64,000 nt of DNA from Paraspadella gotoi (GCA_051294375.1 CM119264.1:24391403-24455402); one strand, 5' to 3'. Shown: positions 23,997 through 37,409, counted from the stretch's first letter. The notes: a model not told the origin generated them from the sequence alone. A program made the numbers and translations.

Positions 23997-24559
23997 GAAG
24001 AGAGAGAGAGAGAGAAGAGAGAGGAGAGAGAGAGTGGGTGGTGTGCTAAGAACGACATCTCTCTTACATCGTCTTTCTGACCGATAAAATTGCTGAAGCT
24101 TTATTCGCGGGCAGTGAAAAAACGAGCAAAGGGGGAGGAAAAAAAGAAAAAAATGGTAACAAAGCAAGACATTGTAACGAGAATAAATTTAAGAGGCGCG
24201 TAGAGGTGAGAGAAAGATAAGGAGAACGAACCGGTTCTTAATTTAAAGGAAAAAAAAATCGTTGTCTCTCACGAAAAACAATAATTTCATAATGAACAAA
24301 TGGTTTAGTAAGTATAAAAAAACACCGATGATAAACGATGCTATTATTAGTGAATAAATAATCAATAAGTGACGAGTCAGAGAACAACGAACGCAAAACC
24401 ACGAGAAAGAGGAGCAAAAAAAAAAAAAAAAAGGAAAAAACGGAAAAAAGGAAATTGGAGCGAAGAAGAACGATCTGAGGAATATGGAGCCAGAAAAGAC
24501 GCGAATCATTTAGCGGGAACGGAGTAAAAAGGGTCGAAGCCAAAGACCGATTGCAAATG

Positions 24560-25100
24560 TTGTTGGACTGTGGGGACGGATGGAAGATGAGTGATGTTGT
24601 TGGACTGAGACGGATGGAAGATGAGTGATGTTGTGTGGTCTTGGAGACGGGATGGAGGATGAGTGATGTTTGTTGTCTGAGAACGGGATATAGGAGGATG
24701 ATGATTTGATTGGAGTTGAGACGGCATGGAAGATAGAGTGATTGGTTGGAATTGAGGACGGATGGATATGATGAGTGACTTGATATCATTTGCTGAGACG
24801 AGATGGAAGATGAGTGATGTTGTTTGGATGAGACGGATAGAGAGATGATGATGTTAATTTGCGACTGAGACGGATGGAAATGAGTGATGTTGTGTGGACT
24901 TGAGACGGATAGAAGAGATGAGTGATGTTGTTGGGGACATGAGGAGATGGATGGGAAGTTAGTGAAGTGATGTCTTGTTGACTGGTGCACGGGATAGGAT
25001 ACTGAGTATGTTGTTGGACTTGGACGGATCGTGATGATGAGTGATGTTGTTGGAAGAGACAGATAGGATGATGAGGTGATCTTGTTAGGACTGACAATAT
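24560..25100. repeat. 34-bp minisatellite GGACTGAGACGGATGGAAGATGAGTGATGTTGTT; second copy at 29075-29570 across a gap
   Basis: The period of 34 is visible at 29395/29429. Many degenerate units are present. Confidence 0.9.
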
Positions 25101-27569
25101 TGACAGATATAGGCATCTGTCTCAAAACAAATATTAAATATAACTGTCAATGACCTGTAAGGGACAGTTGTATTCGGAGATCCTTAACTGTTTTTGTTCT
25201 TGATTGTAAACATGCCAACCATCGTCATACAATGGCAACAAAATGCGATTCTTTCGGTTCGCACCACACACCAAAGTTCGTATTCGGTTATTAGGCGCGC
25301 GTGGTGAAAACGGAGAGGAATTACGAGCGCAATCGCGGCATCGTGACGTTTCTTGCCCCGCCGGGCCGGTTTCGCTTCAACGAGCTTTGGAGGCGTTGTA
25401 TCTGTGTAGTTCCTTGTCTACGTTGCGTCGTCTTTGATCTTTCCTTGGTGCTTTCCACTGGGGAGCAGGTAGGCAGACGTTTCCTTTGTCTTCTCCCCGT
25501 TGTCTTGTTTTGATTTTTGTCTTTGCTTATGCGGTTGGCTGTTTTTGTAGTCTGTCTATGTCCTGTCTTATTTTTTTTGTTTCTTTCTTTTTCTTCTTTT
25601 TTTGTTTTTTGTCTTTCTTTGTCATTTACTTTTTTTTTTTTTTTTTTGTTGTCTTTTTTGTTATTTTTTTTTTTTTTTTTTTTTTTCTTTTTTTGTTTCG
25701 TATTAGTTTCTCTTTATTTTCTTTTTTTTTTTTTTCCATTTGTTCTCTTCTTTTTTTTAAAGCTTAGCTTCTTTTTAAATTCTTCTCTTTTTTGATTCTG
25801 ATAATTTTTTCTTTTGGCTCGATTTTTTCTTTTTTTTCTCTCTCTTATTTTCTCCAAGCTTGAATAATTTTTCCCACCGTCTCTTTTTTTATGAGAAACG
25901 CCTTCCTTTTTATTTTCTTTTTTCTTGACCTGTTGATGATGTTTAGTTACAACAACGGGTTATTGTCTTTCGCCCATTTTTATTTTTATCGCATTCTTGG
26001 AATTAGCGTCTGAGCGAAGAACGTATTTCCAAAAGAAGAAAGAAGAAAAATAGAAGAAAAAAAAAGAAGAAAAAGTCGTGGAATAATGACGACCTACGCC
26101 TTTCTCTTTCGCACCCGGTTTCTCTGCTCCTCTACTCCACCCCCGCTTCTGGGTCCGCACGCTCATTCCCGCCCGATTTTCCGCTCACCCCCTAATACCG
26201 CTACGCAAATTCCCCGATTGCGCAGAAGATTAATTCCTCCCACACTCGTTAAATAAATTTTTACTATTACAATAGTATCATTTTCCTTTATAATTTCCCA
26301 TCTTAATTTGAGTAGTGTTTTAAATTTTAACATTTTCGTGCTGCTTTTATTCTAATATCTTTCGCTCTTTCATCCTGTCCCAAGTTAAACTTTAACTTTC
26401 GTTTCTTTTATTTTACATCCCTACTCGTAATAATCAGAGAAAGTTTGGAAACCTCGTAGACAAGAATTAAGTCGTTGATTTAAATTTGATAAATTTTATT
26501 AACTACTTGAAATGTCAACATAAAAAGCCAAAAGAGATTACGATTTTAATCAACGTGGACCAACAAATTGTCCAGTCTTTTCACTGTTAGTTCTCTAGGA
26601 TATTTGAATCTAGTTTTTAGAACTATTTTGTAATTCTGATGGTGAACTTTGTCTGGGAGAGAAGCAACTTTCTGTACAATTTTGGCTTTGAAGCGCCCAA
26701 TTACTGCATGAGTGGATAGGGCGATGACTTGAAAAAGTAGGAAAAAGTGAGAGAATGAGCATCGAAAACCAAGTTATGAAGAAAGCTTTGAATGAAACTT
26801 GGATAAATTATCGATTAAACTGCTTTTTCCTACTTTTAAAAAATTGTTTTCCATATAAGTTTCCTTACTTGATTTTAATTTTGATTTAATCTAATTTTAA
26901 TTTGATTAATTTTATTATGGATTTTAATTGTGATTTTAGGTTTAAATTGTTGAAACCTATCCCTACAGATTTTTGCTGAATTTGTTTATATATATACGGA
27001 TATTTTATAATAATGGAAAAGTCAAACATTCTTGACGTAAAATTGATTTGTTTCTCATAAATTTTTTATACCAATCATCTTAGACGTCCTATGAACTTTG
27101 CCTTGATTTTAATTGATTTAGACCAATCGCCTCATCTTCAATAAGCTTTGTGTTTTATGTTTTTATTCCTTTTTTAGAAATTCAGCCACAATATATTTTT
27201 TTTTCGGCGTCAAAAAAGTGGCTACTTTTTTTTGCGCCGAATGTAAAATAAACTTAAAAGAGAAAACTTATTTTTACTTCCCTAAAAAACAAGTTTGAGC
27301 AAACAAATGTCGGGATCGCCCACGATCATTATCGGTAATTAATATTAATTAATTAATTAATTTAATTTCATAATTAATTTATTTAAGTTAAATTATTTAG
27401 ATTAATTATGCAATATGCAATTAAGTTGATCCAAATGTTTGTTTTGAATTGATTAATTACTGATTTAATTATTGATTAATTAATGTGACTTAGATTGATT
27501 AATTAACTAATTAATTATTTGTTAATTAATACCTCTTGCATTTTACATAAAATAAAAGAAAAAGAAGCA

Positions 27570-28060
27570 TAATCATTAGTGAAACAGGTTCTTTGTTTTT
27601 TCCATTTAAACTCATTTCCACTCAAACGATTCCATCCAAACTTGATTTCCAAGTTTAAATCACACACTTTTGCACCCAAATACAAAATTTCAAGTCAATC
27701 GCCCCCATTCACTCATGAGTAATTAGTGTTCAAAGTGGAAATATATTTTTTTGTTTTTTCCATTTAAACTCATTTCCACTCGGGACGATTCCTCGAAACT
27801 TCATATCCATCATCCAATGCAACGAGTACGTTGGTGTTTTTTTGCTAAGGTGGGACGACGGGACGGACGGAACGGGACGGACAGATGACGACAGACAGAT
27901 GACGGACGGACATCGTTTTTTTTTTTTGCATAATTTATCATAATTTGAATGTTCTGAATGATATAAAGAGAATGCCCGACAAGAATTGAGGGGGCGGACC
28001 GACGGACGACAAAGTAATTATACGAGTCGGGTCTGCTTGAAAGCAGACCCGACTAAAAAA
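27570..28060. mobile_element. Non-autonomous element with internal direct repeats, a (GGAC)n microsatellite and a terminal hairpin + A-run (DINE-1/HINE-like); duplicate at ~31890-32372
   Basis: TTTGTTTTTTCCATTTAAACTCATTTCCACTC occurs at ~27592 and ~27750. (GACG/GGAC)n lies at 27852-27910. The hairpin AGTCGGGTCTGCT-TGAA-AGCAGACCCGACT (28025-28054) is followed by AAAAAA. Confidence 0.6.
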
Positions 28061-31000
28061 TCCTCGTTCTTTCTTCCTTATCTTTTTATTTTATTATGTG
28101 GTCACTAAGAACACGCATAAACTTTTCTCCCTCATTCACTTACCACCGTTTAATGTTTCTTAGGTCATTGACCGGAATTCCTCGACTAGCTCACCAAAAC
28201 CCCTAACCCCGCGCCTGGCTTCCCCTCGCCCCTTCGATACGCGCATCTAATCGCCCCGAACCTGTAAATAATAAGATTGGGTTACGCGTCGCAAATTACA
28301 ATGGAAATAGAAGTCTTGGACACAAAGCGCGCGCCGAATTTTAAGGGGACTCGGAGATCCACGGCTACGGGGCTTCCTGTAATCTAATTAGAGAGCGTTG
28401 TTGTCGTTGTTAAATATTTTCCTTTAGTTTTATTGAATATTTTTGATACAGATTATCGCTTACATGACGTAAATAAAAGTAAATATTTTTTTTGGTTTTA
28501 TTTATTTTTAAGAAATGATAATTATAAATCAAAATATGAACATTTTTTTGAACCAAACAAAACGTNNNNNNNNNNNNNNNNNNNNNNNNNTGTGTGTGTA
28601 AGAACGACATCTCTCTTACATCGTCTTTCTGACCGACTAAAATTGCTGAACTTTATCGGGAAGTGAAAAAACGACAAAGGGAGGGAAAAAAAAGGAAAAA
28701 AATGGTACAAGCAAACAATGAACGAGATAAATTTAAGAGGCGTAAGGTGAGAGAAAATAGAGAACGAACCGGTTCTTATTTATAAGGAAAAAAAATCGTT
28801 GTCTCTCCGAAAAAACAAATAATTTCATTAATTGAGACAAATCGTTTTAGTAAGTATAAAAAACACCGATGATAAACGATGCTATTATTAGTAATAATAA
28901 TCAATAGATACGAGAAGACACGAACGCAAAACCACGAGAAAGAGGAGCAAAAAAAAAAAAAAGGAAAAAGGAAAAAGGAAATGGAGCGAAGAAGAAGCGA
29001 TCTGAGGAATATGGAGCAAAAAAGACGCGAATCGGGGAAACTGGAGTAAAAAGGTCGAAGCCAAAGACCGATTGATGTTGTTGGACTGGGACGGATGGAA
29101 GATGAGTGATGTTGTTGGACTGAGACGGANNNNNNNNNNNNNNNNNNNNNNNNNNNNNNNNNNNNNNNNNNNNNNNNNNNNNNNNNNNNNNNNNNNNNNN
29201 NNNNNNNNNNNNNNNNNNNNNNNNNNNNNNNNNNNNNNNNNNNNNNNNNNNNNNNNNNNNNNNNNNNNNNNNNNNNNNNNNNNNNNNNNNNNNNNNNNNN
29301 NNNNNNNNNNNNNNNNNNNNNNNNNNNNNNNNNNNNNNNNNNNNNNNNNNNNNNNNNNNNNNNNNNNNNNNNNNNNNNNNNNNNNNNNNNNNNNCTGAGA
29401 CGGATGGAAGATGAGTGATGTTGTTGGACTGAGATGGATGGAAGATGAGTGATGTTGTTGGACTGTGACGGATAGATGATGAGTAATGTTGTTGGACTGT
29501 GACGGATTTGATGATGAGTGATGTTGTTGGACAGAGACAGATAGATGATGAGTGATCTTGTTGGACTGACAATATTGACAATATACTTCTGTCTCAAAAA
29601 AAAAAAACTGTTTCAATGACCTGTAAGAAGCAAGTTGTATCGAGACCACTGTTTTGTTCTTGATTGTAAACATGCCAACCATGTCATACATGAACAAAAT
29701 GCGATTCTTTCGGTTGCGCCACAACCAAAGTTGTATTCGGTTATGCGCCCGTTAAACGGAGAGGAATTACGAGCGCAATCGCCCATCTGACTTTTCTGCC
29801 CCGCCGCCCGTTTCGCTTCCGAGCCTTGGGCGTTTATCTTTTCCTTGTCTTTGCTTTGTCTTTCCTTTGTCTTTCCCTGGTATTTTCTTTGTCTTTTCCT
29901 TGTCTTGTCTTTGATTTTTTCTTGCTTTATCTTTGCTTTGTCTTTTCTTTGTGTTTGCTTTGTCTTTCCTTTGTCTATTTTTTGTCTTTCCTTTGTTTTT
30001 TTTCGTCTTTCCTTTGTCATTACTTTGTGGTTTCTTTGTTACTTCTTTCTCTGTCCGAAGTCTCTCTTTTTCTTTCCATTGTTCTCTTTTTTTTTTAAAG
30101 CTTAGCTTCTTTTTTTTTCTTCTCTTTTTTGATTCTCATTTTTTCTTTTGGCTCGATTTTTCTTTTTTTTCTCTCTCTTATCTTTCTCCGAAGCTTGAAT
30201 AATTTTTCCCCCGTCTCTTTTTTTATGAGAAACGCCTCCTTTTTATTTTCTTTTTTCTTGACCTGTTGATGATGTAGTTATCAACAACGGGTATTGCTTT
30301 CCCATTTTTATTTTTATCGCATTCTTTGGAAATTAGCGTCTGAGCGAAGAACGTATTTCCAAAAGAAGAAGAAGAAAAATAGAAGAAAAAAAAGAAGAAA
30401 AAAGTCGTGGAATAATGACGACCTACGCCCTTTTCTTTCCGCCACCCCCGTTTCTCTGCTCCTCTACTCCCACCCCCGCTTCTGGGTCGCAGCTCAACTT
30501 CCCCGCCCGATTTCCGCTCACCCCCTAATATCGCTACCCAAATTCCCCCGATTGCGCAGAATTAATTCCTCCCACACTTTAAATAATTTTACTATTACAA
30601 TAGTATCATTTTCCTTTTTATAATTTCCGATCTTAATTTGAGTAGTTTTAATTTTAACATTTCTTCGTCGCTGCTTTTTATTCTATATCTTTCGCTCTTT
30701 CATCCTTCCAAGTTTAAACTTCTAACTTTCGTTTCTTTTATTATTCACATCCCTACTCGTAATAATCCAGAGAAAGTTTTGGAAACCCTCGTGACAAAGA
30801 ATTAAGTCGTTGATTTAATTTGATAAATTTTATATTAACTACTTGAAAATGTCAACAAAAAAGCCAAAAGAGATTACGATTTATCAACGTGGACCAACAA
30901 ATCTGTCCAGTCTTTCACTGTTAGTTCTCTAGATATCTTGGAATCTTAGTTTTTAGAAACTATTTTGTAATCTCTGGATTGGTGAACTTTTCTGGGAGAG

Positions 31001-33108
31001 AAGCAACTTTTTCTGTACAATTTTGGCTTTGAACGCCAATTACTCATGAGTGGATAGGGCGATTGACTTGAAAAAGTAGGAAAGTGAGAGAATGAGCATG
31101 AAACCAAGTTTCAATGAAAAAAGCTTTGAATGTAACCTTGGATAAATTATCATTAAACTGCTTTTTCCTCACTTTTAAAAAATTGTTTTCCATATAGTTT
31201 CCTTACTTATTTTAATTTGATTTAATCTAATTTTATTTGATTAATTTTATTTGATTTTAATTTGATTTTAGGTTTAATGGTTGAAACCTATCCCTACAGA
31301 TTTTGCTGAATTTGTTTATATATATAAATATTTTATAATAAGGAAAAGTCAAACTATTCTTGACTAAAATTGATTTGTTCTCATAAAATTTTTTATACCA
31401 ATCATCTTTGACGTCCTATAACTTTGCTTGATTTTAATTGGATTTAGACCAATCGCCTCATCTTTCAATAAGCTTTGTTTTATGTTTTTATATCCTTTTA
31501 AAATTCAGCCATCAATATATTTTTTTTCGGCGTCAAAAAAGTGGCTACTTTTTTTGCGCCGAATGTAAATAAACTTAAAAAGAGAAAACTTATTTTACTT
31601 CCCTAAAAAACAAGTTTGAGCAAACAATGTCGGATCTGCCCACGATCATTATCGGTAATTAATTAATTAATTAATTAATTAATTAATTAATAATTAATTT
31701 ATTTAAGTTAATTATTTAATTAATTATGCAATTATGCAATTAATTTGATCCAAAATGTTTGTTTTGATTGATTAATTAACTGATTAATTATTGATTAATT
31801 AATTGACTAATTGATTAATTAACTAATTAATTATTTGATTAATTAATACCTCTTGCATTTACATTTAAAATAAAAAGAAAAAGAAGCATAATCAATTAGT
31901 GAAACAGGTTCTTTGTTTTTTCCATTTAAACTCATTTCCACTCAAACGATTCCATCCAAACTTGATTTCCAGTTTAATCACACACTTTTGCACCCAAATA
32001 CAAAATTTCAAGTCAATCGCCCCATTCACTCATGAGTAATTAGTGTTCAAATAGTGAAATATATTTTTTTGTTTTTTCCATTTAAACTCATTTCCACTCG
32101 GACGATTCCATCGAAACTTCATATCCATCCATCCAATCACGAGTAATTGGTGTTTTTTGCTAAGGTGGGACGGACGGACGGACGGACGGACGGACAGATG
32201 GACGGACAGACAGATGGACGGACGGACATCGTTTTTTTTTGCATAATTTATCATAATTTGATGTTCTGACATGATATAAGAGAATGCCCGACAAGATTGA
32301 GGGGGCGGACCGACGGACCGACAAAGTGAATTATAGAGTCGGGTTCTGCTGAAAGCAGACCCGACTAAAAAAATCTCGTTCTTTCTTTCCTTATCTTTTT
32401 TATTTTATTATGTGGTCACTAAGAACACGCATAAACTCTTTCTCCCTCATTCACTTACCACCGTTTAATCGTTTCTTAGGTCATTGACCGGAAATTCCGA
32501 CTAGCTACCAAAACCCCTAACCCCGCGCCTGGCCTCCCCTCGCCCTTCGATACGCGCATCTAATCGCCCCCGACCTGTAAATAATAAGATTGGGTTACGC
32601 GTCGCAAATTACCAATGGAAATAGAAGTCTTGGACACAAAGCGCGCGCCGAATTTTAAGGGGACCTCGGAGATCCACGGCTACGGGGTCTCTGTAATCTA
32701 ATTAGAGAGCGTTGTTGTCGTTGTTAAATAATTTTCCTTTTAGTTTTATTGAATATTTTTTGATACAGAATTATCGCTTACAATGACGTAAATAAAAGTA
32801 AATATTTTTTTTGGTTTTATTTTATTTTTAAGAAATGATAATTATAAATCAAAATATGAACATTTTTTTGAACAAACAAATCGTTAGTACAAATGCTCTT
32901 GCATTAAAAAGAAAAAGAGAGAGAGAGATATCTCGAAACAAAAAACATTTTTTAGTATTTATAATTTTATGAATATTAAATAGTTTAAATAATCACATAC
33001 ATATATTGTAAAAATATAAAATATAAATAAAAATAACACTAATGGAAAGCATTGTTTAGAATACTGTATAACTATTAAAGTAATTAAACTTTTAAATTTT
33101 TTTCATTT

Positions 33109-36100
33109 TTACAACTTGTCTGTATTATTTATCAAGACAAGCAAAGATGGAATCACCAACAGAAAAAGATGCAGCCAATCTTCGTGCTTTGTAGTTCCAG
33201 GATCAAATTCTCGTTGTGCGATTTTGATTATCAAACTAAAATCTTGTTGGGTTTGATTTATTTTTTTTTCCATAAAAATATTTTTTTCAGAGGAATGACG
33301 GAATCTGTAACAATTGGATAAAATGTCGATAAAAGCTATAAGCGAAGGTTGACCATAATTAAGCATCTCAAAGCCTCGCTTCATTCCCATTGGAATTACA
33401 TCCATGGACAATGGGCCATAAGCGATAAGCGGTTGACACCAGCGGAATAATTTGCTATTCTCTCTCCCATCTCCGAGATGTGCATTAGTTTTTATAAACA
33501 ATGCATGAATTATAACGAATACCAATCCAAATACAGAATTTAGAATAAGTCTTGAAAAGTTTTTTAAGCTTCCAGAGATAATCATACTATGAAACCAATG
33601 ACAACTAAACTTTGCCAGAGGAAAAAAAGATAAAGATAAAAGAAAAAGAAAATGTCGAGAAAAAAAAGCGTAACCTCCTAAAAAAACAAAATAAGGAGCT
33701 ATAAATGATAGAAAATCAGTTTGATCGCCTGAAATTTCTTTAGAGACAGAACATATTTCTTTTAATGCTTTCATAGAATTCTTTTCTGCAGTCATTTTTG
33801 TCATGATTATTATAAAAGGAAAAATCAGTGAAGTTATAAGGAATATGCCATGTTTTAAGCAATTAATTTGGCGATTGATTAGTGAATGGAAAATACTAGA
33901 AGTAACTGATGTAAAGATTACTGTCACAAAGTAATTAGAAATAATATTTCCAAACTCATTAATTAACTTTTGTGTCGGCGGCACAAGCATTTTGAACTTT
34001 TCCCTGTACAATCTATGGGTTTTTTTTGGTTTTGTTCGCAGAAAAGATAAATCCAAAAAGCTATAATCCTTTGAATCTATCACAATTAAATAATTGTTAA
34101 ACAAAACGCAGTAATAAACATTCATATAGATTAAAAAACCTGAATTAAGCTGTCTAAAAAATATTATAAACCATTCAGTCAGTTTTTCACGTGCACAAGC
34201 AAAAAAAAAGAAATAAAAAGATGAGAAAAATATATCAACTAATACTAAAATTAACTGAAGATCATGACCAGGGTCAAAAATCATATAATTTCCAAGTTTG
34301 ATAGACAAAAAATGATTAAATGTATTTTTGATAGTTGCAAAATTGTAATGAAAATTACCATTTTCTTTGTTTGTAATATTAATATTACTCCATCTGTTTT
34401 TTTTAAATATAATTCCCTGCAAGTTATAAACGCGTTTGAATGTAAAAGTTTTAGGAATAAATGAAGTATAAAAATTTATCTGTGGAGCCTGAATATTTAT
34501 TAAATTTCCCAACCCCCAAGAAATAAAAACAGGTTTAATGTATAAATTAATATACCAGCTAAAACGAGAGTGAATTTTAATGGTAAAAAAGATTGCAAAC
34601 ATTATGCTCCCAAACTGCATGGACAAAGATAACGCATTAAAGTTACACTTTTTGACCGAGAGGTCGGATTTTATTCTGTGGGAATTAAAAATTCTCTTTA
34701 TGAAAATCTGTGACTCAGTGATTGTGAAAACTCTGAGCAGCATAAGTGGTAACAGAAACACGAACCAAATACACTGGCTCAAACTGTAACAAAACGTCAA
34801 GTACAAAGAAGTCGACAATCCAACTATCCAAGGATGCCAAGAAAGAAAGAAAACCCAAAAATGGCATCCTCGAAAATGGCCCGGAGTCCGTCCTCTGATC
34901 TAGGAATGGTCACGTGACGATTGTCAACCGCAAACTTGGCCAGACTCAGCGTTGAGGCGGAGATGGAGGCCATCTCAAGATATAACGAATCCCCAATGCT
35001 CCAGCGGCAAGTGTAAAGGTAAGTGCGAAAATCAATGTTGCAGAAACACGGTTGGGCTGTCTCCTTGAACTCATTTACCTCAAATTGATATTTAAATACT
35101 TTTAGGTCGGTATTAATATTATGATTAATAAAGCCATTTGCGGCTCGGGGATTAAGACATAACGAATCTGTATCACTGGTCCAGGTCAAAACTGACGCAG
35201 CTACGGTAACTAGAAGCTGAGGAAACGACTCCAGCAAATTTTGAATCAGATTCATGTTGATCTCCAAAAAAACTTTTGATTGAAGTCGGTCGCTATTGTT
35301 TGGGGTTTTTGATCTAAATTCATTGTCAAAATAATTGTCAATCATTATCGGAATGAGACCCAAACCCAAAATGTGAAGAACGATCGTGGTAATTTTTTTT
35401 ACTTTGTTCTGTTCATTATGTTCTATTTTTATAAAAAAAATGTAAATATGTAAAGCATTTTAATTTGATTTGAATTTTTTAAATTTCTAATTTTATCTTT
35501 AAAATTTAATTAACAAGAATGGAAATTCAAATGTTTGTTTCGCTGCAGTGACTTTCTTAGCCCGTCTTTTATTCTTCATAGTTTTAGGATTAGGATTAGG
35601 ATAGTTTTAGGCATTAGCAGTCATTTAGATTTGAGAGTTTTTCTTTCTTAACAAATAAGCAACCAATTATAGGCGAGTTATGAGCATTTTTAATGCAAGT
35701 GGGACAGACAGACCGATGGACAGACATACTGACCGACCAACCAAAAAATGTCTCATAGAGTTTCTCTGCGGTGCAACTAAAAAATATGTAAAGTTTTTCC
35801 TTTTTAGGACGGAAACAAGAGAGAAAGGGAAATAAGAAGAAAGATTAAAAGAAACAATATCGGTTCATCCAATGTGTTGCGCCGCAGTAACTTTATTTTT
35901 ACATGATCGCATGAGAGTACTAAAAAGATAAAAAGAGAAAAAAATTATCATTAATAGCAATGGCAATGTTGATTTGTATAAATTAAAAGTTTAACATTCC
36001 AAAATGGTTCAATCTTCTGATACTCACAAAATTGTTACTTTTTGGAAAAAATAGAACATATTTATCCTTTAAAAGCCTTGAAAAAAAGGTTTTATTTTTA

Positions 36101-36270
36101 TAGATAAAGTTCAATCCATGCCAGGCAGAGAAGAGACAATGAAACAGAAAGATAAACAGCAAGACGAATCCAATTTCTCTCATTTCCGAATCAAGATATT
36201 TTAAAGTTACTCTCACATCTGTGTAGACGTCCAACAAACTTAAGACGCAATTTATAAGCAAAAGAATCAT
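33109..36270 (-). CDS. XK-related (Xkr scramblase family) multi-pass membrane protein; ~2 exons, one frameshift near 34820-34870
   Basis: The N-terminal TM reads LSLLDVYTDV (36270-~36028, donor GTGAGT at 36027). Exon 2 starts at ~35422 and contains NLLESFPQLL (XK E-S-x-P-Q motif) and SISASTLSLA. It continues in the 569-aa hydrophobic ORF 33109-34818. The exon 1/2 phases do not reconcile as assembled. Confidence 0.75.
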
Positions 36271-36654
36271 TTCTTTTACTTTTTAAGTAATTGTTATTAT
36301 ATAAAAACAATTTTTTACTTCTTTTGATTTTGTTAGAGGTACATAAACAAGTTAAGAGCGAATAATTAAGATATTTGGCAAAATGGAAAATGGAACTCCA
36401 ATGGAAGCAGGTGCCTTAAAAAAGAGAAGGATCGCGAGAATGAAAAGGAACATTTAACATATAACATATAACATATTATTCGCCCTCATTCTTCTCAGGA
36501 TTTTCAAGCTCGACAAAAACCTTTGTTGCTCTCTCGATCAATTGAAACTGAAAATGGTAACTTTCAGGCTTCGCTTTTAAACGGAGATTAAGTATTCAAT
36601 AGAATCAGGTGCAGTAAAAATAAATTTATAAAATAACAGGAATTCAGGAAGTCA

Positions 36655-36710
<56 letters not shown>

Positions 36711-36913
36711 TTAAACAGCGAAAGTGACTAAATGAAATAACGACTTTATAATCAACTTTGTCGGTCCGTCGGTCCAATCCCTAAATCATGTCGGTAAATT
36801 ATATATCATATAAAAAAAATCTTAAAAGTTTAGTGAACTCGCCTGACGTTACTATCAAAGAAAATTAATGAAAAAATCTGGAAAAAAAACCAATGATTGA
36901 GGCGATAACGAAT

Positions 36914-37030
36914 TATTGATGTAATTGTAATTGATTATTGATGTAATAGTAATTGATTATTGATGTAATAGTAATTGATTATTGATGTAATAGTAATTAA
37001 TTAGTGATGTAAAAGTAATTGATTATTGAA
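36914..37030. repeat. 21-bp minisatellite (TATTGATGTAATAGTAATTGA), ~5 copies
   Basis: Seen by direct inspection. Confidence 0.9.
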
Positions 37031-37177
37031 GAAGATTAAGTAGGTTAAAATGTAGTTGAAAACAATACTTTGATAAAAAAGAGTGAAAAAACGTAGGCCT
37101 TTACCGTACTATCTAGGAAAAAAGTATATCACATAATTGTGAAAAAGTTTATTTATTCTATAAAAAATATACAAAAT

Positions 37178-37279
37178 ATGGGTATGCCCTCCCTTAGTAT
37201 TAATAACTGCCTGCATTCATCTGGGTATGCTCTCATACAGTAAATTAAGGTATGACGGTGAAATATTTTTCCACTCCTT
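37178..37279 (-). mobile_element. Tc1-like transposase C-terminal remnant
   Basis: It translates in one frame to KEWKNISPSYLNLLYESIPR*MQAVINTKGGHT, matching the Tc1 C-terminal pattern W..I....L.ESMPRR..AVI..KGG.T.Y. Confidence 0.8.
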
Positions 37280-37308
37280 TAATGTGATTATTATAATGGA
37301 AAATTAAA

Positions 37309-37409
37309 TATTGTGGCAGCAAGACTTAAAGCTGCCTCACTGCTGTCCATCCTCAGCCTCATCTCAATGACTGAGCAATGAGGCAGCTTTAAGACTTGCT
37401 GCCATAATA
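37309..37409. repeat. 36-bp inverted repeat with a 29-nt loop (hairpin)
   Basis: TATTGTGGCAGCAAGACTTAAAGCTGCCTCACTGCT versus AGCAATGAGGCAGCTTTAAGACTTGCTGCCATAATA, 33/36 complementary. Confidence 0.9.

Larger units (their letters stand above)
24041..32884. repeat. Direct tandem duplication of ~4.4 kb (24041-28565 and 28591-32884) around a 25-N gap; probably an assembly artefact
   Basis: The copies are colinear from GTG..TAAGAACGACATCTCTC to AACAAA.CGT and differ mostly by indels. Confidence 0.92.

Noticed and set aside
23400-24167. Long Ser/Leu/Phe- and Arg/Glu-rich ORFs in several frames
   Set aside because: These are translations of purine/pyrimidine low-complexity tracts. The same applies to the (GA)n ORFs at 12.2, 15.9, 42.6, 46.7 and 58.8 kb.
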